Below the pieces are notes generated by a model. The model did not search any database. It was not told where the DNA came from and worked only from the letters and a program-made list of their open reading frames with translations. Below, in pieces: positions 30,377 to 39,072 of a stretch of 64,000 bases of DNA. Every line of letters starts with the position of its first letter. Positions within the stretch are counted from its first letter, which is position 1. The translations under genes were made by a program, and so were the position numbers. Source of the DNA: an uncultured Nitrospiraceae bacterium (GTDB lineage Bacteria; Nitrospirota; Thermodesulfovibrionia; Thermodesulfovibrionales; UBA6898); assembly GCA_963811165.1 (NCBI GenBank), contig CAWEQH010000004.1:352001-416000 (forward strand), read 5' to 3'.

Positions 30377-31192
30377 ATGAATGATGCAATTGAACTGAGC
30401 GACACAGGGACCACGATGCCAGCCTTGTTTGTGGGGCATGGAAGCCCGATGAACGCCATAGAAGATAATGAATTTAGCAGGGCATGGATTAAAGCAGGTC
30501 AGTCTTTGCCTATCCCAAAGGCGATTCTGTGCATATCGGCTCACTGGATGACAAATGGGACACGTGTGACAGCTATGGAGAAACCAAAGACGATCCACGA
30601 TTTCGGCGGTTTTCCCAAGGAACTCTATCAGGTTCAATACCAAGCTGAAGGTTCTCCTTCATTGGCTCGTCTGACTGAACAGACCCTTAAAAAAACAAAC
30701 GTGGAAATGGATTTCAACTGGGGGCTTGATCATGGTACATGGTCAGTCTTGTCCCGTATGTTTCCTAATGCCGACATTCCCGTTGTTCAACTCAGTCTTG
30801 ATGGTCACAAGGAACCACAAGCTCACTATGACTTAGGAAAAGAATTACGATCACTGAGGAATAAGGGGGTACTGATTGTGGGTAGTGGCAATATGGTTCA
30901 CAATCTCATGATGCTATCATGGGGAGACACTGCTTACGACTGGGCTGTAGAATTTGACGAGATCCTGAAGCAGTTGATCCTGTCAGGTGACCACGACTCA
31001 ATTATTCACTATCAGAAGTTTGGCAAGGCATCAGATTTATCCGTGCCTACCAATGAACACTATCTGCCTCTTCTCTATATCCTTGGACTTAAGGATCGTG
31101 ACGAGAATGTCACGTTCTTTGCTGATAAGGTCACGTTGGGTTCTATATCCATGCGTTCAGTCAGGATAGGCCGACCAGGATTAATGCCCTAG
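30377..31192 (+). CDS. ygiD: 4,5-DOPA extradiol dioxygenase
   Basis: FVGHGSPMNA, ISAHW, GLDHG, GSGNMVHNL, PTNEHYLPL. Confidence 0.92.
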   Translation: MNDAIELSDTGTTMPALFVGHGSPMNAIEDNEFSRAWIKAGQSLPIPKAILCISAHWMTNGTRVTAMEKPKTIHDFGGFPKELYQVQYQAEGSPSLARLTEQTLKKTNVEMDFNWGLDHGTWSVLSRMFPNADIPVVQLSLDGHKEPQAHYDLGKELRSLRNKGVLIVGSGNMVHNLMMLSWGDTAYDWAVEFDEILKQLILSGDHDSIIHYQKFGKASDLSVPTNEHYLPLLYILGLKDRDENVTFFADKVTLGSISMRSVRIGRPGLMP

Positions 31193-31423
31193 CTTCATTG
31201 CTATGAATATAATTATGCCAACCAAAATAAAGGTAGGAATCAGAAAGGAAAAAAGCATAGCCCAAGCACCTTTCTTGTTTCCTAAATTGAAAGTCCAACC
31301 CAGCACAGGATTTCTCTTGGGTACTATCCACCTTGTATCTTTCTTGGAGAAGTAAAAACCTGGGGATGTCCAATTATCTTGCTTTTCCCACTCTGATTTA
31401 TTAATCTGGTCAATGTCAGCCAT
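31181..31423 (-). CDS. DUF5808-like small membrane protein
   Basis: W...FYFSKKDTR..VPKR...GWTFN plus TM. Confidence 0.75.
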   Translation of the reverse strand: MADIDQINKSEWEKQDNWTSPGFYFSKKDTRWIVPKRNPVLGWTFNLGNKKGAWAMLFSFLIPTFILVGIIIFIAMKLGH

Positions 31424-31436
31424 GGGGTATTCTATC

Positions 31437-31820
31437 CTAATAAACAAAACCAACAACCAACAAATAACACCCGACAATCAACATGATTACGCCTACTGGA
31501 TAAATCACCACAGGACTCAGGTTGACCTGCTGGATAATCTTGTTTGATAAATCAAGCAGCAGTATCCCGAACGTTCCCTTGAACAATGCTCCCCACCCTA
31601 GCAGTGTTGCTAATCCCGCTGCATTCAACGTCCATTGATTCAGTACCGAAACACTTAAAGCCCCTATGACCAGCACAACAAAAAAATACAGGAATCTAGT
31701 GGTTTCATTCTGAAGTGCCTTGACCAGCCTGACATAAAACCCAGCATTGAACAGCATCGAGCATGACAATACAATCAAAATGATACCCCAGAATCTTATC
31801 ATGATTAAGGCAGGGTTCAT
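31437..31820 (-). CDS. 4-TM hypothetical membrane protein
   Basis: Hydrophobic; W.....TLLGW..LFKG. Confidence 0.75.
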   Translation of the reverse strand: MNPALIMIRFWGIILIVLSCSMLFNAGFYVRLVKALQNETTRFLYFFVVLVIGALSVSVLNQWTLNAAGLATLLGWGALFKGTFGILLLDLSNKIIQQVNLSPVVIYPVGVIMLIVGCYLLVVGFVY

Positions 31821-32098
31821 TATGTCGTCCTGTTGCTGATTTCTTTTTTGGCTTCCACAGTCTCGGCTGTTTCCTGCTTCTGCTCCATAGTGGTGGGGGA
31901 TGAAATTTCTTTAGGTGCTTCTTTTGCCTGGGGGGTAACGTTAATTTCCTTGGTGGCATCCGACATAGCACTTTTGAATTCTCTCATAGCCTTGCCCAAT
32001 CCCTTCCCCAGTTCAGGTAGTTTTCCAGGACCAAAGATAATCAGGGCTATCGCCAGGATTATAATCATGTGCAGCGGTTGAAACAATCCTTCAAACAT
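31820..32098 (-). CDS. tatA: Tat translocase subunit TatA/E (copy 1)
   Basis: TM followed by [21 protein letters not shown]. Confidence 0.93.
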   Translation of the reverse strand: MFEGLFQPLHMIIILAIALIIFGPGKLPELGKGLGKAMREFKSAMSDATKEINVTPQAKEAPKEISSPTTMEQKQETAETVEAKKEISNRTT

Positions 32099-32183
32099 AG
32101 TTCACCTCCTATTGGTTCATTATAGCGGTTCTGGAGTAGCTTTGCCTGTTTATATCACTTCAGGTTTTTGAGGATGCAGGGGG

Positions 32184-32268
32184 AAATAAAATCGGGCAGG
32201 TCTGGGAATCAGGGATCGACCTGACCGATGTAAGTTCAACTGGGCATCATTTGGAGTGGCTTACCTTC
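32184..32268 (-). ncRNA. C-rich-loop sRNA-like element (copy A, at 3' end of small ORF)
   Basis: Stem ATCGGGCAGGTC/GACCTGACCGAT; homologous to 32864..32965. Confidence 0.5.
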
Positions 32269-32358
32269 AACCTTGTCTTTCTTCGCCTGTCTTTTTTCTT
32301 TCAGCGTGTGCTGTGGTTTTTTCTTTGCATTTGGTTTTTGCTTATTTTCTTTGCTCAT
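32236..32358 (-). CDS. 40-aa Lys-rich microprotein
   Basis: RBS AAGGAGG; MSKENKQKPNAKKKPQHTLKEKRQAKKDKVEGKPLQMMPS*; upstream TATAAT. Confidence 0.7.
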   Translation of the reverse strand: MSKENKQKPNAKKKPQHTLKEKRQAKKDKVEGKPLQMMPS

Positions 32359-32482
32359 GCTGTCCTCCTTTATATAAGACTTACTTTCATTATACTGCAT
32401 CCCTCAAAATGCTGCGTTCCGAATACCACTCCATCGCCCCCGATCATGTCTTAAATCCTATTATGGATAGCCTTACAACACT

Positions 32483-32773
32483 TTAACAACGAGATAGATT
32501 GCTACGGAGTACTTTCATCTGCCTTATATCATGGAGGTTTGATGTTTCCAATGGTGGTCTGGAAAGTAATACATGAATATATATGTAAAAGGCACATCCC
32601 TCACATGATTTGATCCTTTCGGTGTGCTTACCATGCACCTTACCCCCACATAATGTCTTTGGAACGAGCCAGCACGATCTGCCCGCATTCTGCTCTACCG
32701 CAGGGCATAATGAATCTTTTCCATGACCGCAGTTATTGTAATGCCAGCAGTGCATATTCCTACTACTTTCCAT
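32483..32773 (-). CDS. Two-CW domain (Cys-rich) protein
   Basis: CW...C...CPA...AGRSCW...TLCGG...C..C.FY. Confidence 0.75.
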   Translation of the reverse strand: MESSRNMHCWHYNNCGHGKDSLCPAVEQNAGRSCWLVPKTLCGGKVHGKHTERIKSCEGCAFYIYIHVLLSRPPLETSNLHDIRQMKVLRSNLSRC

Positions 32774-32863
32774 AATCCTTCCCCCTTTCTAAAAACCGAT
32801 CCACATTACGAGCACATAGGTACATTAACACAGAAGGTCATTATTGGTTTTTTTGACTCTGTC

Positions 32864-32965
32864 AAAAAAATAAAATCGGGCAGGTCTGGGGATCGGGGAA
32901 TGACCTGCCCGATGTGAAAAGAAGGCACGTCTTAAATGGGGATCATTTGGAGGGTCGTGCCTTCA
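32864..32965 (-). ncRNA. Two-hairpin sRNA with GAUCCCCA motifs (copy B)
   Basis: Extended -10 TGCTATCAT (32971..32979); perfect 9-bp and 12-bp stems; U-rich tail. Confidence 0.65.
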
Positions 32966-33079
32966 GGTGTATGATAGCACATACGAGACTCTTTTCATCT
33001 CTTTTCTTCAATAGCTGCCTGTTCTCTTCCCTCTCCCAATTCTGTATACTTTCAATTATAAATCCATAAGGGGGATATC

Positions 33080-33176
33080 ATGACCAAATCAGAACTCATC
33101 GAAAAAATGGCGAAGGATGTAGACATCTCAAAGGCAGTGGCGGGGAGGGCATTAGATTCTTTCATTGATGGGATAG
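33080..33176 (+). pseudogene. HU N-terminal fragment
   Basis: RBS AAGGGGG; MTKSELIEKMAKDVDISKAVAGRALDSFIDGI, then similarity stops. Confidence 0.75.
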
Positions 33177-33360
33177 TAGCAATCAGTAACCCGTTCCACG
33201 GCTCCTGTCCCGAACAAAGAACAAGCATGAGCCTCCCATGAAGATAAATTGCACGGCACCCGAACCATGCTCGGTCACTGTAGCTCGGCTCATCCATGAT
33301 GGATTCAACGACCCATAAGAGGGGATTTTGAGGTTTTTTCTTCTTTGATGGGGAAGTCAT
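33177..33360 (-). pseudogene. Truncated TfoX-N-like hypothetical gene
   Basis: R.WFGCRAIYLHGRLMLVL...EPWNGLLIAT, cut off at the HU fragment. Confidence 0.5.
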
Positions 33361-33388
33361 TAATTCAGAGCAGAAGGAGTCTTCATCT

Positions 33389-34147
33389 TTATATTTTTTC
33401 CTCAATAGCTTTCCTAACAAACATTTTAAACTTCTCTAAGACTGCCTTAATTTCTTCATTAGTTTCTTTCAGCGGTCTTTTCTTTGGATGTCCAACATCG
33501 TTTCTCAATTTGGTATATAAGGTTTGTTTCCCCTGTCTATCGGGAAACTCTTGCACTGAGGGTTCCTCTTGACGAATGAATTCATCAACAAATTTTTGGT
33601 CATCACCCAATACCTGTAGCAAAATATTGTAAAGTGACATAAATACTGCAATGGGGTCATTATTAAGTAAGATAAATCTGTATTCACTGTAGTAGTGATC
33701 TTTCAAATTATCTTCGTAAGGCAACCCATCCAGCAAAATTTTTATCTTATCGCTTGGGGGAGGCGTGATCTTTAAATCAGCACTGACTGTTACACGACTA
33801 GTTATTGTAGAAGGATGAATTATCACTGATTTCATACCATCTTCCAAGGTAATTTCCTCTACTATGGTTCCAGAATATAACCGAGGTATTCCAATAATGG
33901 CATTAAAGGTAAAGGCTATTCGATTAAGGATTTTGTCGGAAAAATAATTTGCTATCTCACAGGCTTTTTCGAGTGACTGCTCATTGATAATCGAAAAAAT
34001 TAATATAATTTTGTCAGCCTCTTTAGATTCGAGGCATACCCTCTCTATTGAGGGATGCTGTATATCGAAAATAATTGGTTCCGAGAAAAGGACTCCTCTA
34101 TATTGCGCAAAATATTGTACAGTACCTTTAAATATTCTCGTCTCCAA
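33389..34147 (-). CDS. Hypothetical protein, MauJ/HEPN-like
   Basis: AT-rich; FMSLYNIL and YTKLRNDVGH (RxxxxH). Confidence 0.65.
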   Translation of the reverse strand: METRIFKGTVQYFAQYRGVLFSEPIIFDIQHPSIERVCLESKEADKIILIFSIINEQSLEKACEIANYFSDKILNRIAFTFNAIIGIPRLYSGTIVEEITLEDGMKSVIIHPSTITSRVTVSADLKITPPPSDKIKILLDGLPYEDNLKDHYYSEYRFILLNNDPIAVFMSLYNILLQVLGDDQKFVDEFIRQEEPSVQEFPDRQGKQTLYTKLRNDVGHPKKRPLKETNEEIKAVLEKFKMFVRKAIEEKI

Positions 34148-34211
34148 TTCCTAATACACTCTCATTTACAAATATTCTCATTAGACTCTATTTTTGCTTA
34201 TAATAGTGCCA

Positions 34212-34730
34212 ATGAGCAAGACATTCTCAAACCCCAATCAACTGGAGGAATGGGTAGTTGCCTCCCTGGGGATAGCTAACCGATTTGGAATCGAGAAGGC
34301 ATTAGGATATCTGATCGGAGAAAAATTTTATAATCTAGTCCGTGACCTCTTCGGTTTTCAGAAGATGAGCCGAGTGATTAATAAACAACGAAAACAACTG
34401 AATTATACCCCTATAATTGAAAAGCAAGTCCGCAATCGGCGTTACGTGATTAATTTGGATGAAGTCCATGAGAGAGTAAAAGCTCGCATAATCGAGCGGG
34501 AAGGATTATTGGTGAAGTTTGTCTTCCTAATAAATCAGGCATTCCCCCCTCATGAAATCCGCAAATACTTTGACTCCCATCCACGGTTAGGCGTACATGG
34601 ACATATCTCCACGGAAGAAGATCATGAGTTCCTTATTAAGCATGGGGCAATTGAACACTCAATTGAAACTGAAGTTCAGGATGCTTTGATTTTCGGGGAT
34701 ATGATGAAATATTTTGGGATCAATGTCTAA
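34212..34730 (+). CDS. Hypothetical protein
   Basis: FGIEKALGYLIGEKF; 3' end duplicated at about 39676..39732. Confidence 0.7.
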   Translation: MSKTFSNPNQLEEWVVASLGIANRFGIEKALGYLIGEKFYNLVRDLFGFQKMSRVINKQRKQLNYTPIIEKQVRNRRYVINLDEVHERVKARIIEREGLLVKFVFLINQAFPPHEIRKYFDSHPRLGVHGHISTEEDHEFLIKHGAIEHSIETEVQDALIFGDMMKYFGINV

Positions 34731-34908
34731 GAAGCGAAAAGAATATGGCGTGTCCAAAGACAGGATGCTTACCGTTTATCCATCTCTCCATGAGACAAAG
34801 GAAGAGGGAATGCTCAAACGTATTCTCAAAAAGCTGATTCATATACGGAAGGGGCATTGAGAGATAGGAAAAGTGACCCTCTAACATCATAACAAGGGAG
34901 ATATCACA

Positions 34909-35559
34909 ATGAAGGTTATGGCATTCAATGGAAGTCCGAGGAAAAAGTGGAACACGGCAACATTGCTTGGGAAGGCTCTTGAAGGGGCTGCCTCAAAGGG
35001 AGCCAAAACGGAACTTATTCATCTATATGATTTGAACTTCAAGGGATGCATAAGCTGTTTTGCCTGTAAGACCATCGGGGGTAAAAGTTATGGCAGATGT
35101 GCAGTCAAAGATGACTTGAACCCAATTTTTAAGAAAATTGAAAAAGCTGATGCCATAATCTTGGGTTCCCCTATTTATTTTGGTGATGTTTCTGGGGAGA
35201 TGCGGTCATTCATGGAACGACTGCTGTTTGCGAACCTCACCTATACTGATCCCCCTCAGTCGCTTTTCCCCACTAAGATCAAGACAGGGTTCATCTATAC
35301 TATGAATTCTAATGAAGAACAAATGAGGGAACGTGGTTATCTTCAGCTTTTTGGTATGAATGAAACTTACCTCAAGATGATCTTTGGAGCTTCTGAATAT
35401 ATCCTGAGTCTGGATACCTATCAATTTGACGATTACTCAAAGGTGGTTTCAACCCGCTTTGATCCTGAGAAGAAAAAAAAGAGGCGGGAGGAGATATTTC
35501 CAAAGGAGTGTGAAAAAGCCTTCGGCATGGGGGTTAGATTTGCCAATAGTGGGAAGTAA
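34909..35559 (+). CDS. Flavodoxin-fold iron-sulfur flavoprotein / NADPH-dependent FMN reductase
   Basis: NGSPRK.WNT, CISCFAC...C, GSPIYF. Confidence 0.92.
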   Translation: MKVMAFNGSPRKKWNTATLLGKALEGAASKGAKTELIHLYDLNFKGCISCFACKTIGGKSYGRCAVKDDLNPIFKKIEKADAIILGSPIYFGDVSGEMRSFMERLLFANLTYTDPPQSLFPTKIKTGFIYTMNSNEEQMRERGYLQLFGMNETYLKMIFGASEYILSLDTYQFDDYSKVVSTRFDPEKKKKRREEIFPKECEKAFGMGVRFANSGK

Positions 35560-35648
35560 CAGACATGACACAAAACTTAACAACTATTTCTTGCATACGT
35601 AACGATAAAAGGCAATGGACCTACCCCCAGTTGCTGTGCCAATCATAA

Positions 35649-36461
35649 TTAGAGTATCCCAACTACCTTTTCCTCTTCAAGCCTTATGAATTCAGCTGGC
35701 GTCAGATCGCCCAGGGAGCTATGGGGCCGCTCGTTGTTGTAATCAAGCCGATAGTCTTCAGCTATAGCACGGGCATGTCCCACGCTTATGAACCAGTTGA
35801 GATTCAGGCATTCGTCCCTGAACTTGCCGTTGAAACTCTCCATGTACGCATTATCTCCCGGCTTTCCGGGGCGGATGAAATGGAGTTTGATGCCTCGCTC
35901 ATATGCCCATGCATCCAAAGCGTTACTGATGAATTCAGGGCCATTGTCCACGACAATCTTCTCGGGGAGTTCCCGAAGAGCCGCTATTTGGCTCAAAACA
36001 GCACAAACCCGTTTGCCGCCAATCGATGTATCGACTTCGATCTTTAAGCACTCCTTTGTGTAGGTGTCAATGATCGGCAAAAATCTCAATTTCCTCCCGT
36101 TATGCAAAGCATCATGCAGAAAATCCATCGCCCAAAGCTCGTTCGGCCGTGTGGCCTTCTCTACGTCAATCCTCCCTTGGGCAGCCAGTTTCTTCCTCCT
36201 GCGAATCCGTAGTGCGAGTTTCTCTTCCTTGTACAGCCGCTCTGTGCGCTTATGATTTACGACCAAACCTTCTCTTTTAAGCAGGACGTGAAGCCTTCGA
36301 CATCCAAAACGCCTCCTTTGTTCGGCGATCTCCTTCATCCGAATCCGGAGCTCCTCATCTTCATCCGGCCCTGGTTCGTATCGTAAAATGTTTCTGCTTA
36401 ATCCAATAAGCCGACTTGCTCGTCTTTCGCTCAGCCCAAAGCAGTTGATGATATGCTCCAC
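35649..36461 (-). CDS. IS3 transposase OrfB (DDE)
   Basis: WAMDF, VDNGPEF, PGKPGDNAYMESFNGKFRDE; joined to OrfA by a frameshift at the A6C run 36491..36497. Confidence 0.95.
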   Translation of the reverse strand: MEHIINCFGLSERRASRLIGLSRNILRYEPGPDEDEELRIRMKEIAEQRRRFGCRRLHVLLKREGLVVNHKRTERLYKEEKLALRIRRRKKLAAQGRIDVEKATRPNELWAMDFLHDALHNGRKLRFLPIIDTYTKECLKIEVDTSIGGKRVCAVLSQIAALRELPEKIVVDNGPEFISNALDAWAYERGIKLHFIRPGKPGDNAYMESFNGKFRDECLNLNWFISVGHARAIAEDYRLDYNNERPHSSLGDLTPAEFIRLEEEKVVGIL

Positions 36462-36484
36462 TGCTGCTCTCCGCGCCTTGGGCC

Positions 36485-36751
36485 TTAGAAGTTTTTTGAG
36501 ATGACCTCTTTGAGCGCCTGATTATCAAGGGTAAGGTCAGCAACCAGATGCTTCAAACGCCGGTTTTCATCCTCAAGCTGCTTCAGCCGCTTCACATCGC
36601 TTGTGGCCATGCCGGCATACTTGGCCTTCCAGTTATAGTATGTGGCGTCGCTCATTCCGTACTTCCTGCAAAGATCAGTCACCGAAATGCCCGCTTCGCC
36701 CTCTTTCAGAATGCTTACAATCTGCTCTTCCGAATACCTGGTCTTCTTCAT
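36485..36751 (-). CDS. IS3 transposase OrfA (HTH)
   Basis: YSEEQI..ILKE, LCRKYGMSDATYYNWK, LEDENRRLK. Confidence 0.95.
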   Translation of the reverse strand: MKKTRYSEEQIVSILKEGEAGISVTDLCRKYGMSDATYYNWKAKYAGMATSDVKRLKQLEDENRRLKHLVADLTLDNQALKEVISKNF

Positions 36752-37283
36752 TAATCTGCCTCCTTGCTTTGAGTGTTTATATTACCAACACTCTAATTAC
36801 AAGTGGCACATTTTTCGGGGGACAGGTCCCAATCATAGCGGTATTGGGTTCAATGTGTTGCCATTGCCCTTCATCACTGTCAGTGTCACTCTTGCCATTT
36901 TTGTCATATCCTGTTATCCGAAGCGTGCGATATCTTTCCTCCTTGCAGTCCACTTCATTGTAGCCTCTCATCTCCTTAAAGCTGGGGTCGTCTGACAATA
37001 CTCGTTTATCCCAGAACGTTACCTTATCACCATCATAATGAATGCTTGCAACGTCTATAAAATAAATCGCCGTCCCTGTCGCATTCTTGGTCACCTCAAT
37101 CCAGTCTGCTGTTTCTGCCATCAGTTCGAGTGGAAAAATAATGAGAGCCAGTAACAATAGCATGCGTTTAATGAAGCCCATGAGGTTTTATATCAACTTT
37201 ACCCTGGTGTAGTCAAGATAGTAAAAAAAGTGGTGTCAAAAAAATGTCCGAGTCCAAGGATATAATATAATCTTTCGGAACCC

Positions 37284-37880
37284 CTAGCAACTCCTAGACT
37301 TCTTCTTTTGGATATATTTAAAAACTGACCACCCTGTGATAAAACTAGCGAGACAGAAGATCGCTAAATATTCAGTCTTACTGATGTGAATTCCTAAATC
37401 TTTCAGACTATGCCCCCCCACGTACCCAATTGAAACCATCACTGCAATGGTGAAAATAACCGTAACCGCATCTGCTAACAAGAATTTCAAAGGATGCATC
37501 CTCATGATGCCAGAAACAATGAATATCTGCGTTCTTAGTCCAATGAAATGCCTACCGAGCAAGATAAAAAAGATACCTTTCCTTTTATATCTGTCTTCAA
37601 GGTCTGTGAGTTTTTCTGGAGATAAAAACCTATGGAACCATCTGTGGCATACAACCATGCGACCATATTTCCTGCCAAAAGAATAGATGATAAAATCTGC
37701 TATCAACACCCCGATGTAAATAACGAGCAAGGCAGGAACAGTTTTTACTGTTCGAGCTTGAATCAAGAATCCACATAAAATGAACGTGGCATCTTCGGGG
37801 AAGAGAGGTAGCCCTATGCCTCCGAGAATAAGGAGTACGAAAAGCCCAATGTAGGGCGAATTTGCTATAAGGGCAGTCAT
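37284..37880 (-). CDS. DedA family membrane protein
   Basis: GLPLFPED, AD..IY..GR..G, GRHFIGLR. Confidence 0.9.
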   Translation of the reverse strand: MTALIANSPYIGLFVLLILGGIGLPLFPEDATFILCGFLIQARTVKTVPALLVIYIGVLIADFIIYSFGRKYGRMVVCHRWFHRFLSPEKLTDLEDRYKRKGIFFILLGRHFIGLRTQIFIVSGIMRMHPLKFLLADAVTVIFTIAVMVSIGYVGGHSLKDLGIHISKTEYLAIFCLASFITGWSVFKYIQKKKSRSC

Positions 37881-38076
37881 GGCATCACCCCTTTGGTTCT
37901 GGTGTGCTTTTGTTCTGGATTGTCTGAGGTAATAGGGTTTCCATTAATTGAATGATAACTCTTTCCCCCTCCTCTGTGAACCAACACCCTTTTGTTAATA
38001 AGTAGGGGAGAACATCTTTTTCAATTTGCTGAAGAAATCATTCTGTGACATACATGGTGAGAGGGTAGCGAATGGG

Positions 38077-38217
38077 CTAATTTTGCGACTTGTCGAGAAA
38101 GGGGTACTCCTTTAACAATTTAAACAAAAGAGCTATCTTTTCCTCATGGGTCATGGTCATATATAGTGGCGACTCCTTCAGGATAGAAACCAGCATTCTC
38201 ATTTTTACCATGTCCAT
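38077..38217 (-). CDS. 46-aa microprotein with upstream sigma54-like promoter
   Basis: MDMVKMRMLVSILKESPLYMTMTHEEKIALLFKLLKEYPFL...; TTGGCATATATTTTGTA at 38244..38260 (minus). Confidence 0.5.
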   Translation of the reverse strand: MDMVKMRMLVSILKESPLYMTMTHEEKIALLFKLLKEYPFLDKSQN

Positions 38218-38601
38218 ACCGTCATTGCCTCTGAAATATCTATTACAAAATATATGCCAATGAATAAGCCTCCGCTATAGATAAATCCCAGAGGGCTAGT
38301 TAACTTGAATTGCCTTAGAAATTATGTTGTTACATCAAGTTAATCCCCAGAATGGACAGCGTTATTTTATTGACTGGGCAAGAAACCCTGTGTTATTTTT
38401 AACTCTTTTTTTCATTTTATTGACACACTTCCTGAATTCAGGCATTCAAGTATAGATGAAAAAACTCTCATAGGTTTTGATTTGCCTACAATTTTCATTA
38501 GGGAAGAGGATTTGTAATCAAAATTTCACAGTAAGGTCATTACCCTGTAACATTTCTTTTATTAAAATAAGTAGTAATCCACATGGGGAAGGGGAAATGC
38601 C

Positions 38602-38721
38602 ATGAAATGCATAGCTTGCGGCAGGGAGATGTTAGACAAGTGAACTCATTATGAGTGTTCTAATATTCTTTGTGATTGCGATGAAGAAATTGAAGACAGG
38701 GAATATTGGCATTACTGCTAA
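38602..38721 (+). pseudogene. Zn-ribbon microprotein with in-frame TGA
   Basis: MKCIACGREMLDK*THYECSNILCDCDEEIE...; G-rich RBS. Confidence 0.5.
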
Positions 38722-38773
38722 TCCGCTGTGAAAGTTTTCCAGTATCAAGTTAAAAAGAAAGGAGGTGCATAAA

Positions 38774-38983
38774 ATGAATGCTACAGCAAAAGAAGTCAGG
38801 AAATATTTTGAGGCATGTCCGTACTGTGATGCTAAAACCGATATATGTGAAGCGTCCGTGACATCCATCAAAATTGGTGCATTAGTAAGATCAAATCGCT
38901 GCGATAGCGAAAACTATGACAGCTGTTCCCTGTTTTTAGCAAAATGTCTTAGAAGGACACGGCAATACAGTTGTGGGTTTTGA
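38774..38983 (+). CDS. Small Cys-rich protein (divergent paralog 4)
   Basis: RBS AAGGAGG; CPY..C.AS with C-X9-C-X17-C-X7-C. Confidence 0.7.
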   Translation: MNATAKEVRKYFEACPYCDAKTDICEASVTSIKIGALVRSNRCDSENYDSCSLFLAKCLRRTRQYSCGF

Positions 38984-39072
38984 AATAGCCTTGGGCACCT
39001 AAATCTGTTTCCGCATCCCTTCTTTATCCTCCCTTTGGCTTGTGCGGGGAATAAGATAAAGGAATGACCTGA

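Larger units (their letters stand above)
35617..36829 (-). mobile_element. IS3-family insertion sequence (IS407-like)
   Basis: Imperfect ~40-bp IRs GGACCT...TGTGCCA..TAATTAGAG; 4-bp TSD CAAT (35613..35616, 36830..36833); orfA and orfB. Confidence 0.95.
35584..37181 (-). pseudogene. Surface-adhesin E-like exported protein interrupted by IS3
   Basis: Removing the IS and one CAAT restores ...HIEPNTAMIAFYRYVCKK*. Confidence 0.82.

Noticed and set aside
33052..33420. 122-aa minus-strand ORF
   Set aside because: Chimera of a truncated gene and the antisense strand of the HU fragment
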